64,000 nt of DNA from the human T2T-CHM13v2.0 reference genome, Homo sapiens. The number at the start of each line of letters is the position of its first letter. Positions within the stretch are counted from its first letter, which is position 1. The translations under genes and the position numbers were made by a program. The DNA is taken from the NCBI RefSeq assembly GCF_009914755.1, contig NC_060937.1. One strand, 5' to 3'. The notes under the pieces are model-generated. The model ran no database searches, was not told the DNA's origin, and saw only the letters and a program-made list of their open reading frames with translations. Positions 1 to 14,159 of this stretch are shown in pieces.

Positions 1-1155
1 CATTGTTAAACACCCCTCTGACCATCAAAGTAGCCACGTTGACTACCAAGTATCACCTGAAACAAATGGAGCATTTCTGCAACCAGCTAGTTTACAGCCT
101 CTCCGTCAACCAATGCCTCCTGCCTAACTTGCGCTGCCCCTGGTGCCCAACTTTTTCCATGGCTCAATATCAATGGTGCAACATCCGATTGCATTAAATG
201 TGTAAAAAATAACTCTTCCTATATCTCTACTATAGTGGGTGTCTCCCTGGCCTCCTCCTTGTCCACCTGGAGTAAAAAACCGCAGGAAAGAAAAAACACC
301 CCATCTTTAATTTGCTTATCTTCTTTCCCTATCTCCGCCTGCATTATGACAAAGGCTTGTTCTTTTTATGCGGTACCAACACATATCTTTTTCTCCCCAC
401 CAACTAGACCAGAACCTGTACCCTAGTTTATCTTTCTCCCTCCGTTGGACTAGTTCCTCCTAATCAATCTTCACCTGTTCCATTCATCCAGTATGTTAGA
501 AAAAGGAGGAGCATCCAAGTCATTCCTTTAATGGCTGCCTTATGTATAACCTCCGGGCTTGGATTGGGAGCAGGCAGACTGGCCAACTCCTTAACATACT
601 TTAAAGTTCTTTCAACAGAACTACAGGATTTATTAAAAGATATAGCCCAAAGCCTTATAAGAGTCGAAGACCAATTAGACTCCTTGCCTGGAGCAGTCCT
701 CCAAAATAGACTGGGATTAGATCTTACAATGGCTGAAAAAGGGGGTCTCTGCCTCTCACTGAGTGAGGAATGTTGCTTCTATCTCAACCAATCAGGCCTA
801 GTAAGAGATGCTGCTGAAAAACTTGAAGAAAGGGCTAAAACGTGAAAGGAATACCAAAACAACCAAATACATTCTTGGTTTAGAAACAAAATCCTAACAT
901 GGACCATCCCATTCTTGGGCCCTCTCCTAATAATATGCCTAGGACTAATGTGCTTACCTGGCTTAATTCACCTTTTTCAAAGATTTTTTAACTGACAGGA
1001 TCATGGACATCTCACAATTACCTAAAAACATCTACAGATGGCATTACTCCCACAATCAACCCAAGACCAAAGAACCCTCTGACCCTCCACTCAGCAGGAA
1101 GTAGCCAGAAAGAATATACCACCCCTCTTCCTTTCTATAACTGTAGGGACTGGAT
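1..1155 (+). pseudogene. Decayed env gene (SU C-terminus and TM) of a class I ERV, HERV-H/F group (HERVFH19-like), 3' end of a provirus antisense to NALCN
   Basis: One frame reads GLFFLCGTNTYLFLPTN*TRTCTLVY (stop at 405-407), then a furin site RKRR (498-509), fusion peptide, immunosuppressive domain LQNRLGLDL and CX6CC (CLSLSEECC). A stop at 843-845 precedes an in-frame hydrophobic anchor (WTIPFLGPLLIICLGLMCLP). An LTR follows. Confidence 0.9.
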
Positions 1156-1572
1156 TGACAGAGCAGGAGATCGTCGTCTTGGAGAAACACCACCATTTTA
1201 AGTTCCCTTTGATTAAAAAAACACCCAAATCAAGCGCCCAAACATCAGCCTAATGCCTAATGTCAGCATCACCAGAAACATTCCAACCCTAAGATAAACC
1301 CCCTCTGACCAGAAACACGCCAACCCTGAGACAGCCTCCCCTCCAACCAGACATCCCAATCCCAACCCCACAATAAACTTTCCCTCACATAGAAACATTC
1401 CGAACCTGCGATAAGCTCCCCACTTCCTACACCCTTAAATACCCTTAGTCTGTAAGAGAGAATGCTCCTGAGCAAAATTGGCCAGAAGCCCCTCTAAAGT
1501 TTATTCTCCAAAATAAATCTGTCTTTTACTGTTGAGCTGCTTTTTGTGTTTCTTACCTCTTTAACTCTTACA
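1156..1572 (+). mobile_element. 3' LTR of the provirus, LTR19-type (ERV1)
   Basis: TG...CA ends (tgacagagcaggag...actcttaca), AATAAA near 1512, directly downstream of the env remnant. Family name from recalled consensus start. Confidence 0.8.
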
Positions 1573-2410
1573 ATAACCATCCCCATGTTCCCATGGAAAA
1601 GATGGCCAGCTGATCTTTTTATTTACCCAGTGAAGGGGCAGACCCAGAGAAGGTGGGCCTAATGATGTGGCTATCATTTTGGCTTGCCTCCCTCCAGCCT
1701 CCGTTCCAGGAGTCCTGCTCCTGGCCAAAATCCTATGTGTGATCTGATGGCAAGGCCTTGCCTGGGAGACCTCCCGGGGACCACTGCCATCCCCACCCTA
1801 GACATGGTGCATGACCAGGGCACTGCCATTTCTGGAGGGACTTGCAATTTATGACTCAGCTCTGCCCTGCCAGGCCAGCTGGGATCATGGCCATAGCTGC
1901 AGTCCCAGACCAGGTGCCTCTGTGCAGAGGCCTCCTGATCAGGGCCCAGATGAGGCACTTTCCTCCATGCTGGCTCCGTTCCTTTCTTCTCCTATCCCTT
2001 CCTTCCTTATGCTTCCCCTCCCTAGGTGCAGGAATGGCTGGAACCTTTTGTTCAGGACTGCTTAGCAAGGAAAAGAGCCCTCCCTCCCCCATGCCTGCTG
2101 ATCCACCTGACCCTTAACCAACACCTCCGGACGCTGGAGAGCTGGAGAGCGGTGCCTACCTTTGCCTCCTGCCTGTACTGTTGCAGTGAGGGAACAAAGT
2201 CTTGATTGTAACTTTCAGCTTGGCTTGCTGTCCTGAGGATCACCTCGACACCTGTCAGCTCAACACCTGTCTAAGGCCAATCTTTGTCCTCTTGCTGTGG
2301 ATACTGCCTTCTCCCACCTCTGCAGGAACCTTTGCCATCATCCTCCTTATCTCACCCATCTGCAACCTCACTAGCTACTTGCCCTCTCTCATCAGCACTT
2401 AAACATCGTA

Positions 2411-2856
2411 TGTAAGTGCACCTGAAAGCAATAACTCAAGCATACCCCGAGAATGACCCTTCTTGCCAGACACACCTGAATGTGTGTTCTGAGCTAGGGA
2501 ATCTAGGAGTGGCCAACCCAGAGATTGACTCCTTGTTGATGAGGAACATCTGAGTCCCCATCTCCTCCCGTGGAACACTGGCTATACACAGGGAATTGAG
2601 GCCCCAAGTCTGGGGTGAATTAAGATTTCCATGTGGAGGTTGCTGGGGGAGTGTGCTAAGTAAAAATGCTATGTAAATTGCATGCATTTTGCAAGCAGGT
2701 CTTGTTCTCCTGACCAGCCAGCCAGCATTGGACTCCCTCCCCTGTATGTAAGCCCTCAATGAAACCCCATGTCTCATCTGCTGGCTCTGGGTCTCTTCTT
2801 CAGCCTCTTGAACCTGGTGCCTTCCCTACTAGAGTTGATAGGAGTTTGGCATGACA
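2411..2856 (+). mobile_element. Solo LTR, LTR47-like (ERVL)
   Basis: TG...CA ends. Motifs aagcataccccgagaatgaccc, cacctgaatgtgtgtt and cctcttgaacctggtgccttccctac match the recalled LTR47 consensus. Confidence 0.75.
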
Positions 2857-3452
2857 GATACGATCACACTTTCAACCGACTTCAGAGTTCCTTGGCCTTT
2901 TGTCCTCCTCTTACCATTGATGGTTCTTGCTAAGTTCTGGAAGAAGGATTTGCTCACCTCAGACATTTAGTACATGCTGTTCCTGTGATGGGAATCCGTT
3001 CCCTTGCACTTCCTTTGGCTACATCCAGCCATTGGAGTCACCTGTTCCCATAAGCCTTTCTGGACTTTTCCATGCCTGGGAATCGGCCTTGCCTCTGTGT
3101 CCCCAGAGCACCTGGTGTCTGCCTTCATCAAGGCCTGTGGTGCCCTGTGCTTACCTACTGGTTCCTCCCCTCAACTGAGAATTTCTTGAGGACTTATGTC
3201 CCCATGATTACCTAAATGACCAGATGCTTTAAAGGCACTCGACAAATCCTTGGCGGCACATGAATGAAGAATCTGCATTATAAAAGGATGAATTCCAACA
3301 CTGGTAGCTAAAATAATAAATTTAGCATAGGATTTTTAAAAAAATCCCTAAAATAAAGCTAAGCTATCCATTAGAAGTACAGACCCTTTTGCTGTCAAAG
3401 CTTAACTTTTAAAAATATATGTTGTTTTTACCCCAATATTATTCTTCCCATA

Positions 3453-3818
3453 TGATATGGTTTGGCTGTGTCCCCACCCAAATGTCATCTTGAATTGTAG
3501 CTCCCATAATTCCCATGTGTTGTGGAAGGGACCAGGTGTGAGATAATTGAATCATGGGGGCGGTTTCCCCCCTGCTGCTCTTGTGGTAGTGAATAAGTCT
3601 CACGAGATCTGATGGTTTTATAAGAGGTTTCCCCCTTTAGCTTGGCTCTCATTCTCTCTTGCCTGCCACCATGTAAGATGTGCCTTTCACCTTCCACCAT
3701 GACTGTGAGGCCTCTCCAGCCACGTGGAACTGTGAGTCCATTAAACCTCTTTTTCTTTATAAATTACCCAGTTTCATCGAGTATGTCTTTATCATCAGTG
3801 TAAGAATGGACTAATACA
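3453..3818 (+). mobile_element. THE1-family MaLR solo LTR
   Basis: tgatatggtttggctgtgtccccaccc...ggactaataca, with an exact 5-bp TSD ccata at 3448-3452 and 3819-3823. Confidence 0.92.
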
Positions 3819-4460
3819 CCATATAATAGGCCTTACTATTTCAACTTAGGGTAAAAATATATACATTATTTGTCTGGTCATTGTATTTTTTTATGTTTCT
3901 AAGTCCACATAGAGTTAAATTTCAAGGTCCTTCTGGTTAAGAGCTGTACCTCTTACATGACTTTTGTTTATGGATCCATTGATTTCTAACTTCCTTTTTA
4001 GCTTAAGTGAATTCTACTGAGAAAGCTGAGAGACATTTAAAATCTGAAGAGCCTATGAATTTTATTTTATTGAAAATCAAAAGCTTCCTTCTAGATTCTG
4101 ACTAACATAACAATATATAAATTATAAAACATTAAAAATATGTTAACTCTCTTGAACACAAAAATGCAAGCTTTATTTTAAAATTCTGCTGTATTTTAAT
4201 TTATAGGTGCTAAGAACCCTAGCATTCAGGTTTCAGCATCTAACTCTATTAGATTATTTCCAGAATTTTAGAATTGATATATAATCTGACAATGCTGAAA
4301 ATGGTCTCAAACACCTGCACCCTGCAGAAGAGACAATTTTAAATATTAAAATCTAATTATCCCAAGTTATCAAAAATAGGATAATACTTCTGAATGACTA
4401 AAGTGAAATTACTTTGATGTTAATCATTATTACTAAAATAAGAACAATGAATTTAACTTA

Positions 4461-4673
<213 letters not shown>

Positions 4674-4985
4674 CTATCAAGGGAGAGAGAAACATTTATT
4701 TACACATATGATCATTTATTTACACTGAATCTTAAATATATTCATACTAAAATATTATTTTATAGTGCTTTATGAAAATCATACCTCTCTATTTGAATAT
4801 CTAGTGACTAAAATTAACAATAGAATAACCATTGGTCTAGCTCAATAAATCCCAAATGAATGGATGAACTAAGTGTTTTAACATATTATATGATTATACA
4901 AAATGATATTCACTAGTACGTATTGTTGAAATAAAATTAATATTTTTCTAACGTTCAAATATGCAAGGAAACCTTTAATTCAATA

Positions 4986-5340
4986 CAGGTTGAACATTCC
5001 TAATTTAAAACATAAAATGCTCAAAAATTTAAAGTTTTTGAGTGCTGATATGAGGCCATAAGTGAAAAATTCTACACCTGACACCTTTGCTTTATGATGG
5101 TTCAATGTATACACACTTTGTTTCATGCATAAAAAAACTATTAAGAATATTGCATACAACTACCTTCAGGGAATGTATTTGAGGTGTTTATAAAACATAA
5201 ACAATTTTTGTGTTTAGACTTGGGTCCCATTCCCAGGATATCTCATTATGCACATACATACAAATATTCCAAAATCTGACAAACATCGAAAGCCAAAACA
5301 CCTCTGTTCCCAAGCATTTGGGATACAGATACTCAACCTG
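4986..5340. mobile_element. Tc1/mariner Tigger4-type (MER46/Zombi) MITE
   Basis: TIRs caggttga...tcaacctg flanked by TA on both sides. Confidence 0.8.
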
Positions 5341-5449
5341 TATTAGTTATATTCACTGTCTCATAAAATATTTTCCTAGGTATTATTAGAAAATCACAAG
5401 GAAATGGAAAGAGAAGCAAACTTTTGCCAAGAATCTTTACTTCTTATTG

Positions 5450-5905
5450 AGATTATCAGCCCAGTATCCATTTTCTCTTTCCTCCTTTAAAAAACAGAAC
5501 TTTCCGAATTCTAACCTAGCAAGTGGTTGCCTGGGGCTATAGCCTACACATTCCAGTCTCCCTTGCAGCTAGCTGTCTCCAGTGGACTGGGTTCAGACCT
5601 ACGGAATGTGAGAGGAAATGATTTGTACAAGTTTTGGTGCATTAAGTTAAACTTTCTCTGAATCCTTTTTAAAATACCTTTCTCTTGCCTGGAAATGGAA
5701 ACAAATAGTGTAGCCCCTTTGGACCAGAAATAGAAGGCTTGCATAGAATACGACAGGTCCTGTCCAACCCGACAGGCTGGGTGACCATGGGGGGCACAGC
5801 CACCTGCTTTCCCTGCATACTCACCAACTGCTGCAGAGAAATAAACTTCTGTCTTATGTAAGTTTTGTATTTTTGGATCTTTGTTATATGTACTCAACTA
5901 TTCTC
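5450..5905 (+). mobile_element. Old ERVL LTR (LTR33/LTR16-like)
   Basis: Motifs tcccttgcagctag, gagaaataaacttctgtctt and ttttggatctttgtta. Boundaries approximate. Confidence 0.5.
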
Positions 5906-5958
5906 TCTCTATATATACACGCATGTATATGTGTGTGTGTATATATTTACATATATTT

Positions 5959-6279
5959 TAGTCATGCATCGCATAACTTTTGAGTCAAGTATGGGCCACG
6001 TATAGGATGGTGGTCCTATAAGACTTACCTTTTCTATATTTAGCTATGTTTAGATATACAAATACTTACCTTTGTGTGACAATTGCCTACAGTATTCAAT
6101 GTAGTCATACACTGTACAGGTTTGTAGCCTAGGAGCAATAGGCCATACCATATAGCCTAGGTATATAGTGGGCTATACATCTAGGTTTGTGTAAGTAAAC
6201 TCTATGATCACACGACAACAAAATTGCCTAACAATGCATTTCTCAAAATGTATCTCTGCTGTTAAATGATGCATGACTG
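5959..6279 (+). mobile_element. Tigger3-type (MER7/Golem) MITE
   Basis: TIRs agtcatgc...gcatgactg and internal ggtttgtagcctaggagcaataggc. Confidence 0.8.
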
Positions 6280-6919
6280 TGTATACACACACACACACAC
6301 ATCTAAATATATACAGATATATTTAGATGTTTTGCATACTCACATTTGCAAAAAAAAATAAGTAATTAATTGACAAATTTATTCACTCATTTGTTTAACA
6401 AACCTTTATTGATTACTATGTGCCAAACTTTGTGTTGGACAAATAGGATTCAATGGCTACTATTACAAAGCGAGTATAACACAAAGACACAGCTTTTAAG
6501 GACATATTTATATGATTAGTATGTATAAATTAGTACATAATTAAAAGCTGAAGTATATAGTGTGAAAAATACAACTTTTCATTAAGTCTAAGATGTCACC
6601 AATTTTGTATGTAGCTCTAAGAAATAAAAAAATGCTGCCAATTAAAGTATAACACACCACTGATTATAACAGCTCCCAAATTCAGAGATATTAACATAGG
6701 AAAATTGCATTCTTGGCATAAATGAAATATAGTTTATACAATGATCATCCAAGATTTTTTGATGTCAATAAGAGATTGAGTTGTCTGTTAAAGATGAATA
6801 GTGTATTTAGAACACAGTAAGAAACAGAAAATTCATTTTTAAAAATTAGATTTTAATTTTTACATGTCTAAAATAACATTTGTTTCTTTTTGGCTTTCCA
6901 GTGCCTCTGGCTTCTTCAA

Positions 6920-7370
6920 CTCTGCCTGGTTTTCCTTTAGCAAATCATTCCTACCCCAGCCTTAGTACAAAGGTGCAAGAAGGACTCCCCACCCGTCATG
7001 ATCCAGATCTGGCCAGAGTATTCACAGTCATCTGAGTCATCCTCAGGGCTTTTGCTGGATGCCTTTAATAAGAAATGTTCTATTTCTTTTTTTTTTTTTT
7101 TTAATCCCCAACGGGTACTGCTGTAAGAGTCACACAAACTCTTACAGAGCTCCTGGGAGCCATCTTTGCCTTCACATAGAGAAAACCAGCTTAAGAATGA
7201 CACCGACACACCAACAGAAGAAAGGTAGGTGAAGACATACACTGAGCCCCTGACACCATATCGGCCTCTGAATTTTGCCATACCTGAAACCACGTTTACT
7301 GTATTTACTTTGATTTAACAGGAAGTATCAGTGGTCAGTCTTATTCCTATTGTCTGCAGAATGCAAATGA
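6920..7370 (+). mobile_element. Old MLT1-type MaLR LTR fragment
   Basis: Motifs gggagccatctttgcc and gccatacctgaa. Highly diverged, boundaries approximate. Confidence 0.4.
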
Positions 7371-7531
7371 TATGGTTTACAGCATGTAAGTAAACCAATT
7401 GAAAAAAAATGACTAAAGCATGTTTCCTTCATGCTAATTTGCAATTTTTAAACATATGTAAGAAATTATGTTGTTCAAATTAAGCATCATACCACATGGT
7501 GCAGCTACCAATTTTTCCTGCTGTAATTCTT

Positions 7532-7834
<303 letters not shown>

Positions 7835-8357
7835 ATCCTGCTGTAATTCTTAACATACATTCCCAAATCAGGACATATTACTCTCAGATAATCTTTACAA
7901 AGAACAAGCAAACAGCTTTATCATAAGAACTATTAAAGTATTAACATTCGTATTAATTTCCAGAATAATAATCTGGAAAGATTTCACATTTTTATCAGAT
8001 TTGTCTATTTTCGGACATAAATAATTCAGTACCTAACTGTAAACAGCTTGAAAAAAATGGAACTATTTAATACCACTTCCACATTGGTGATTTGATCAGC
8101 ATTTTCAAAGGGTTAAACCTGCATTCCTAGAAAGGAAAAATCCCTGTCAGTGAGTCTAATTGTGCCTTTTCATTTATTCAGGGATCAGCAGGTTTTTCAC
8201 TCTATCTACCCTATAAAGATTTTTGATTTTGTGTTCCTACAGATACAACATGAAGTAAACCATACTCTCAAAGATAAGCACTTCAGAACATTTTGTCTCT
8301 GAAACACATTTTCCTGGTCACATTTCTGAGTCCTTCTCTTAAAGGTCACTCTGTTGA

Positions 8358-8728
<371 letters not shown>

Positions 8729-8739
8729 GGGAAGAAGAT

Positions 8740-9430
8740 TTAGCTCCATCATCTGCTAGGTATGTGGTCTTGGGCAAGTCAACAGATTTCTTGAGACCTC
8801 AATTTACACATACAGTCCTTATCTTAGGGCTTGTTATGAGAAACAAATGAGACAATGCACTCAGCAAGATGCCCGACACACAGGAAATTCACAAGACGCA
8901 CCAGTCAATATCATCAGGATGATACCGATATGTAAGAACCACAGCGTTTTGCAAGACCTGATGATTTCCCACAGGCCATGCTGCCCTGCATTGGTTGCAG
9001 CCCAGCCACGCTGGCCTTTGTGCTATTCCTTGAACACATCAATCATGCACCCACCTCAGGACATGCTCAGTGTGATTCTCTCCACCTGGAATGCTTCCCC
9101 TCAGACCTCCTTACAGTTTGCTCCTTCACTTCATTCAGTCTCTGCTCAAACCTCACCTCTTCAGAGAGGGCTTCTATGAACAACTAATCTAAAATAGCCC
9201 CTACTACACAATCTCTATGCTTTTTACCCTGCACACTTCTTCCTTAAGACATTTCCAGTACTTGTACTTCACATTCCTTTGTGTACTTCTTTGTGAACTG
9301 TTTGCCTTTAGAATTTCAGCTTCATAAAATGGGAATCCTCTCTGCTTTGTCCACTGCTCCATCTTCAGTATCTGGAACAGTGGCTGACACATAGTAGAAG
9401 CTCAGAAATATCACTTGAATAAATACATGA
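8740..9430. mobile_element. MIR fragment followed by L2 3' fragment
   Basis: MIR core tgtggtcttgggcaagtca...cctcaattt. L2 motifs ccacctggaatgcttccc and ggaacagtggctgacacatagtagaagctcagaaata...tgaataaat. Confidence 0.6.
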
Positions 9431-9897
9431 ATAACTTCAGTAGTTAGTCTAACAGATAACTAATATTTTAAAGGAAGCCACTTTGCACTAAACATTACTT
9501 CATTTAAATGTGAGAAATATGAAATTGTCTAAGGAAAGACTTGTTGCCAACACAGTAAAGAAAGGTTGATTGAAATGAGAAGTGTGAGGACCAATAGGGA
9601 AGACCAATGTAGGCCTTTATACAAAGAGCCGCTCTGTCTGGTACAGTGGATGCTCCACATGCAAATTTGCAAAAACCCTTGTGACACCTAAGTTTCTCAA
9701 GAGATTTACTTTCTAGCCACAAATTAACTGAGATCATTTTTATTCATTATTAATACATTAGAAAAAGAGAAGCATGGCCATGTATAGAGAGATACAAATG
9801 AAAATCACCTAATCATTAACATAAATTAAACAGAACCAATTACAGAATAATCCAAAATCAAAGACAAAACTGAAATTGCAAACTTCACTGTGATTTG

Positions 9898-9983
9898 ACT
9901 ATCTATCTACTATCTATCTATCTACTATCTATCTATCTATCTATCATCTACCTATCTATCTATCTATCATCTGTCTATCTATA
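9898..9983. repeat. Interrupted (TATC)n / GATA tetranucleotide microsatellite
   Basis: ctatctatctactatctatctatctactatctatctatctatctatcatc... read directly. Confidence 0.95.
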
Positions 9984-11188
9984 AAATGGTTACAGCCTTG
10001 CAGGCTAATATTAGATATTTTGTAAAAAAACAGACTAGTAGGAAAATCAGACATGATGACAAGAGTAGGAAACTAGAGATGATTAATAATTTGTAATAAA
10101 TTGGTTTCTTTCTAGTCATTTTTTTCCATTTTATAGGTATTTTACATATGTATATAATAAATATATACATACATATATGTAGTTATGTATATAATATAAT
10201 TTATGCTGTTTATCGTTTAAATAAAACAGTCATATTTCTAAGTTATAAAAAACTCATCACAATTATAATTTTATGGTTAAATTCGCGTTATGACTTATTA
10301 AGCTATTCCTCAAATGTTTGTCATTTAAACAGTTTTCTTTTTTCTCTCATTAATTCTATAATAAATATTTTGCACACAAATGTTATTTTCTAACTTTTTA
10401 CTGAAAAATGGCATGTCAGAGACTATAGCAATTTTAAGGCCCTGAATATATTTTATACTGTACCTTTGCTGAAATAGGCAACACCAATTTTCTTAATTTG
10501 GCTACTTTAATAGCTTTGTAAAAAAGGTATGCTGTTGTTTTGATATAAAGGATATTCTCTATAATTATGTGCAATGATGCCCTAAGGTAGGTACTCAATG
10601 GCCATATAACTTTGTGAATCTAGAGAGCAGTGCACAAGAGCTTATAATCACAGGAATGTTTGGAAAGCACATTTTGTATCAAGAGTTTTAAACATGTATA
10701 TCTCTTGCCCCAGCCATGTCACTTATGATAGCCAAGCTTCAGGATATAACTCAACAAATGAGGAGAGATTTACATCCACGGATGCTGAGGGAAGTGAGCG
10801 CTTGAACTATGAAAACCCTCTGTGGTTTCAATATGCTTAGCTGTGATTACAAGGGCTCAGCTTTTTGCCTGGGTTTGTAGGGGGTTTTGCTTTTTACTTT
10901 TTGTGAATTATATTTGCATGTCCTTTCCCCCAGGTACTAAAAGTGTCTAGTTACCTGTGATCTGGCAGTTAAAGTGAATATTGTTCTGAAAATAATATTT
11001 TGGTATTACTAATAAATAAAATCAATAAAGTTGCAATGCATGTTCTTTTTCCTAAGGGGTTAGAGTCCTGTTTCTCAAAATTACTTCTTTAAAATTCTAC
11101 TGTCATTTTATTTCCCAAATATTTAACAATATCTATTTAGAAAACAATCAATGCACATTCTAGTGTTTCCATGATAAATTATATAAAT

Positions 11189-12068
11189 GCGAAGGACATG
11201 AACAGACACTTCTCAAAAGAAGACATTTATGCAGCCAAAAAACACATGAAAAAATGCTCACCATCACTGGCCATCAGAGAAACGCAAATGAAAACCACAA
11301 TGAGATACCATCTCACACCAGTTAGAATGGCAATCATTAAAAAGTCAGGAAACAACAGGTGCTGGAGAGGATGTGGAGAAATAGGAACACTTTTACACTG
11401 TTGGTGGGACTGTAAACTAGTTCAACTCTTGTGGAAGTCAGTGTGGCGATTCCTCAGGGATCTAGAACTAGAAATACCATTTGACCCAGCCATCCCATTA
11501 CTGGGTATATACCCAAAGGACTATAAATCATGCTGCTATAAAGACACATGCACACGTATGTTTATTGCGGCACTCTTCACAATAGGAAAGACTTGGAACC
11601 AACCCAAATGTCCAACAATGATAGACTGGATTAAGAAAATGTGGCGCATATACACCATGGAATACTATGCAGCCATAAAAAATGATGAGTTCATGTCCTT
11701 TGTAGGGGACGTGGATGAAATTGGAAATCAGCATTCTCAGTAAACTATCGCAAGAACAAAAAACCAAACACCGCATATTCTCACTCATAGGTGGGAATTG
11801 AACAATGAGAACACATGGACACAGGAAGGGGAACATCACACTCTGGGGCCTGTTGTGGGGTGGGGGGAGGGGGGAGGGATAGCTTTAGGAGATATACCTA
11901 ATGCTAGATGACGAGTTAGTGGGTGCAGCACACCAGCATGGCACATGTATACATATGTAACTAACCTGCACATTGTGCACATGTACCCTAAAACTTAAAG
12001 TATAATAATAATAAAATAAAATAAAATAAAACATAAAATAATATAAAATAAAATAAAATAAAAAATAA
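11189..12068 (+). mobile_element. 5'-truncated young L1 (L1PA2/L1PA3): ORF2 C-terminus, 3' UTR and (TAAAA)n tail
   Basis: ORF 11171..11743 is the L1 ORF2 C-terminus ([19 protein letters not shown]...). 3' UTR G-tract, then gctagatgacgagttagtggg (GAG, not the L1HS-Ta ACA). Probable TSD ataaatg. Confidence 0.95.
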
Positions 12069-12814
12069 ATGACCAAGTTTGAATCAGGAAAATGACTACA
12101 TTTGAGGTGTTTTTGACTAGAATACCATGTAGACATATTTTATCATTTTGACTAAGTATTTACCAGGACAGTGAGTGTGTTGCTATATTCAATAATAACA
12201 AAGAATGTAACTAATAATTACTGTTTATTGCATAATTAGAAAGCAATGTGATTCAATATATCACATTTAAAAAAAGATATCCAATTATTACAAGTTAAAT
12301 AAGAATTATAAGTGCCATCATGAAGTAACAGGCATTTATAAATAATACTGTATGAGTAATTACAATCTGTAAAGGTAAGTTTTATAAACCTTTAATATTT
12401 TCATTATAAACCGTTGTTGAGCAAACACTTAGCCTTATCGACAAGGAAGAGAAACACTTGGGATTAAATTAATGTTTCCTAGTCTTTAAAGTTTGTGCCA
12501 ACATCTTATGTAGTTTAAAATTTGATACGCATGTATGGATATATGTTATCCATATATAAAAATATGTGTATCTATATACTGCTAATTTAGGAAAAGTAAG
12601 TAAAACATCTACATTGTTCCTGTGAATTTTCAGGAGTTTTAAAAAGCGATTGTTACAATTTGTGAATGCACTTTTCTAATTTGTAAGATGTCATTGTGCC
12701 TTTCTCAAGTTCATACTTACCATAATAGTTATTATATATAAATATTATATATAATTCTATGTGGTTGTTAAAATAGTGTGACAGGTATTTACTCTGGAAA
12801 TAAATAAATTTCTA

Positions 12815-13009
<195 letters not shown>

Positions 13010-14159
13010 CTAGAGAAACAAAGAAACATTGAAATTGAAATTCAGAACTATAATTTATTCTAAATTATTTCACATATTTGTCAGTGTATGAATTTTTGCC
13101 ACTATCATATACACTAAGGTGCCCCATAAGGTCAAGAATGACATTTTACTTTAAGAATGCATTTGAAACACACCAACTAGAACACAGTAGACCAAAGCAA
13201 TCTTAAACAATTATAAAAACATGTTACGATTTTGAATGTTTGTGAGTGGCATTATTTCTTTATTATCTATATTTGATATTATTTTAAAACCATTATTATT
13301 TAAAGACTTTCTATGTACACAAAAGGCTGAATTTTTTTGTACGTTGTATTTTTTAAGATAAAATTTATTTAATGTACATGGCATATTACAAAATAACAAC
13401 TTACATATTATTAACCTAATTAAACTAAAATTTAAAAGTTAAAATATCATTTATTCCTTTATGCTTTAGGCCACATGGCAAAAGAGAAATTGAGATTTCA
13501 TACCAAGCAATTGATCTATGTGTGCTTATGCAAATAAATCAATATGTTACTTTAATATTAATAAAATTAATGATCAATATTAGTATATTAACACATTTAT
13601 TTGATCTTTTAATCTCTCACATGCATTCTATGAATTTACTATTCCAAATAACAATATTATAAAACACACACATAAAGACAGCATGTTATTTCCTTTACAT
13701 GTCCTATGAACAAGAATTTTCATTTTGTAAAGGAGATTGCAGCTGGAATTAAAATTTGCAATAGAAGATTAACTTCTAATTAAAGACTATGAGGGTGACT
13801 ACTGGGATTAGTCATAATATGTCCCTCTGAGAAGACACTACATGATTTATTGAAGATAGGAATATAGCAGACCTTGCTTCTCTTCTTCTAGACTAATGTG
13901 GAGTATCAGAAGGGATTTTCTTCCACTCATATATGGAACATGTGGGGAAAATGCAGTTTTAATAATAGTGTTTTAAGAAATGAAACATTAAAGGCACTGC
14001 AGATAGTTAATTTAGATGTGAAGAGGAAATTAGCATCACTTCTCAAATCTACCATTTCTGCAGATTCTAGTTGCTTTTTAATTTTAATTGCCATTTCCCT
14101 CCTTAAAAAACATAACAAGGTAATATATTTTAAATTTGAAATGATCTTAAGTCCACAAA

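Noticed and set aside
11171-11743. 190-aa ORF
   Set aside because: C-terminal fragment of L1 ORF2 from a 5'-truncated insertion, fused to a flanking ATG. Not an independent gene.
11854-11880. G-quadruplex-like gtggggtggggggaggggggaggg
   Set aside because: Standard polypurine tract of every L1PA 3' UTR, not locus-specific.
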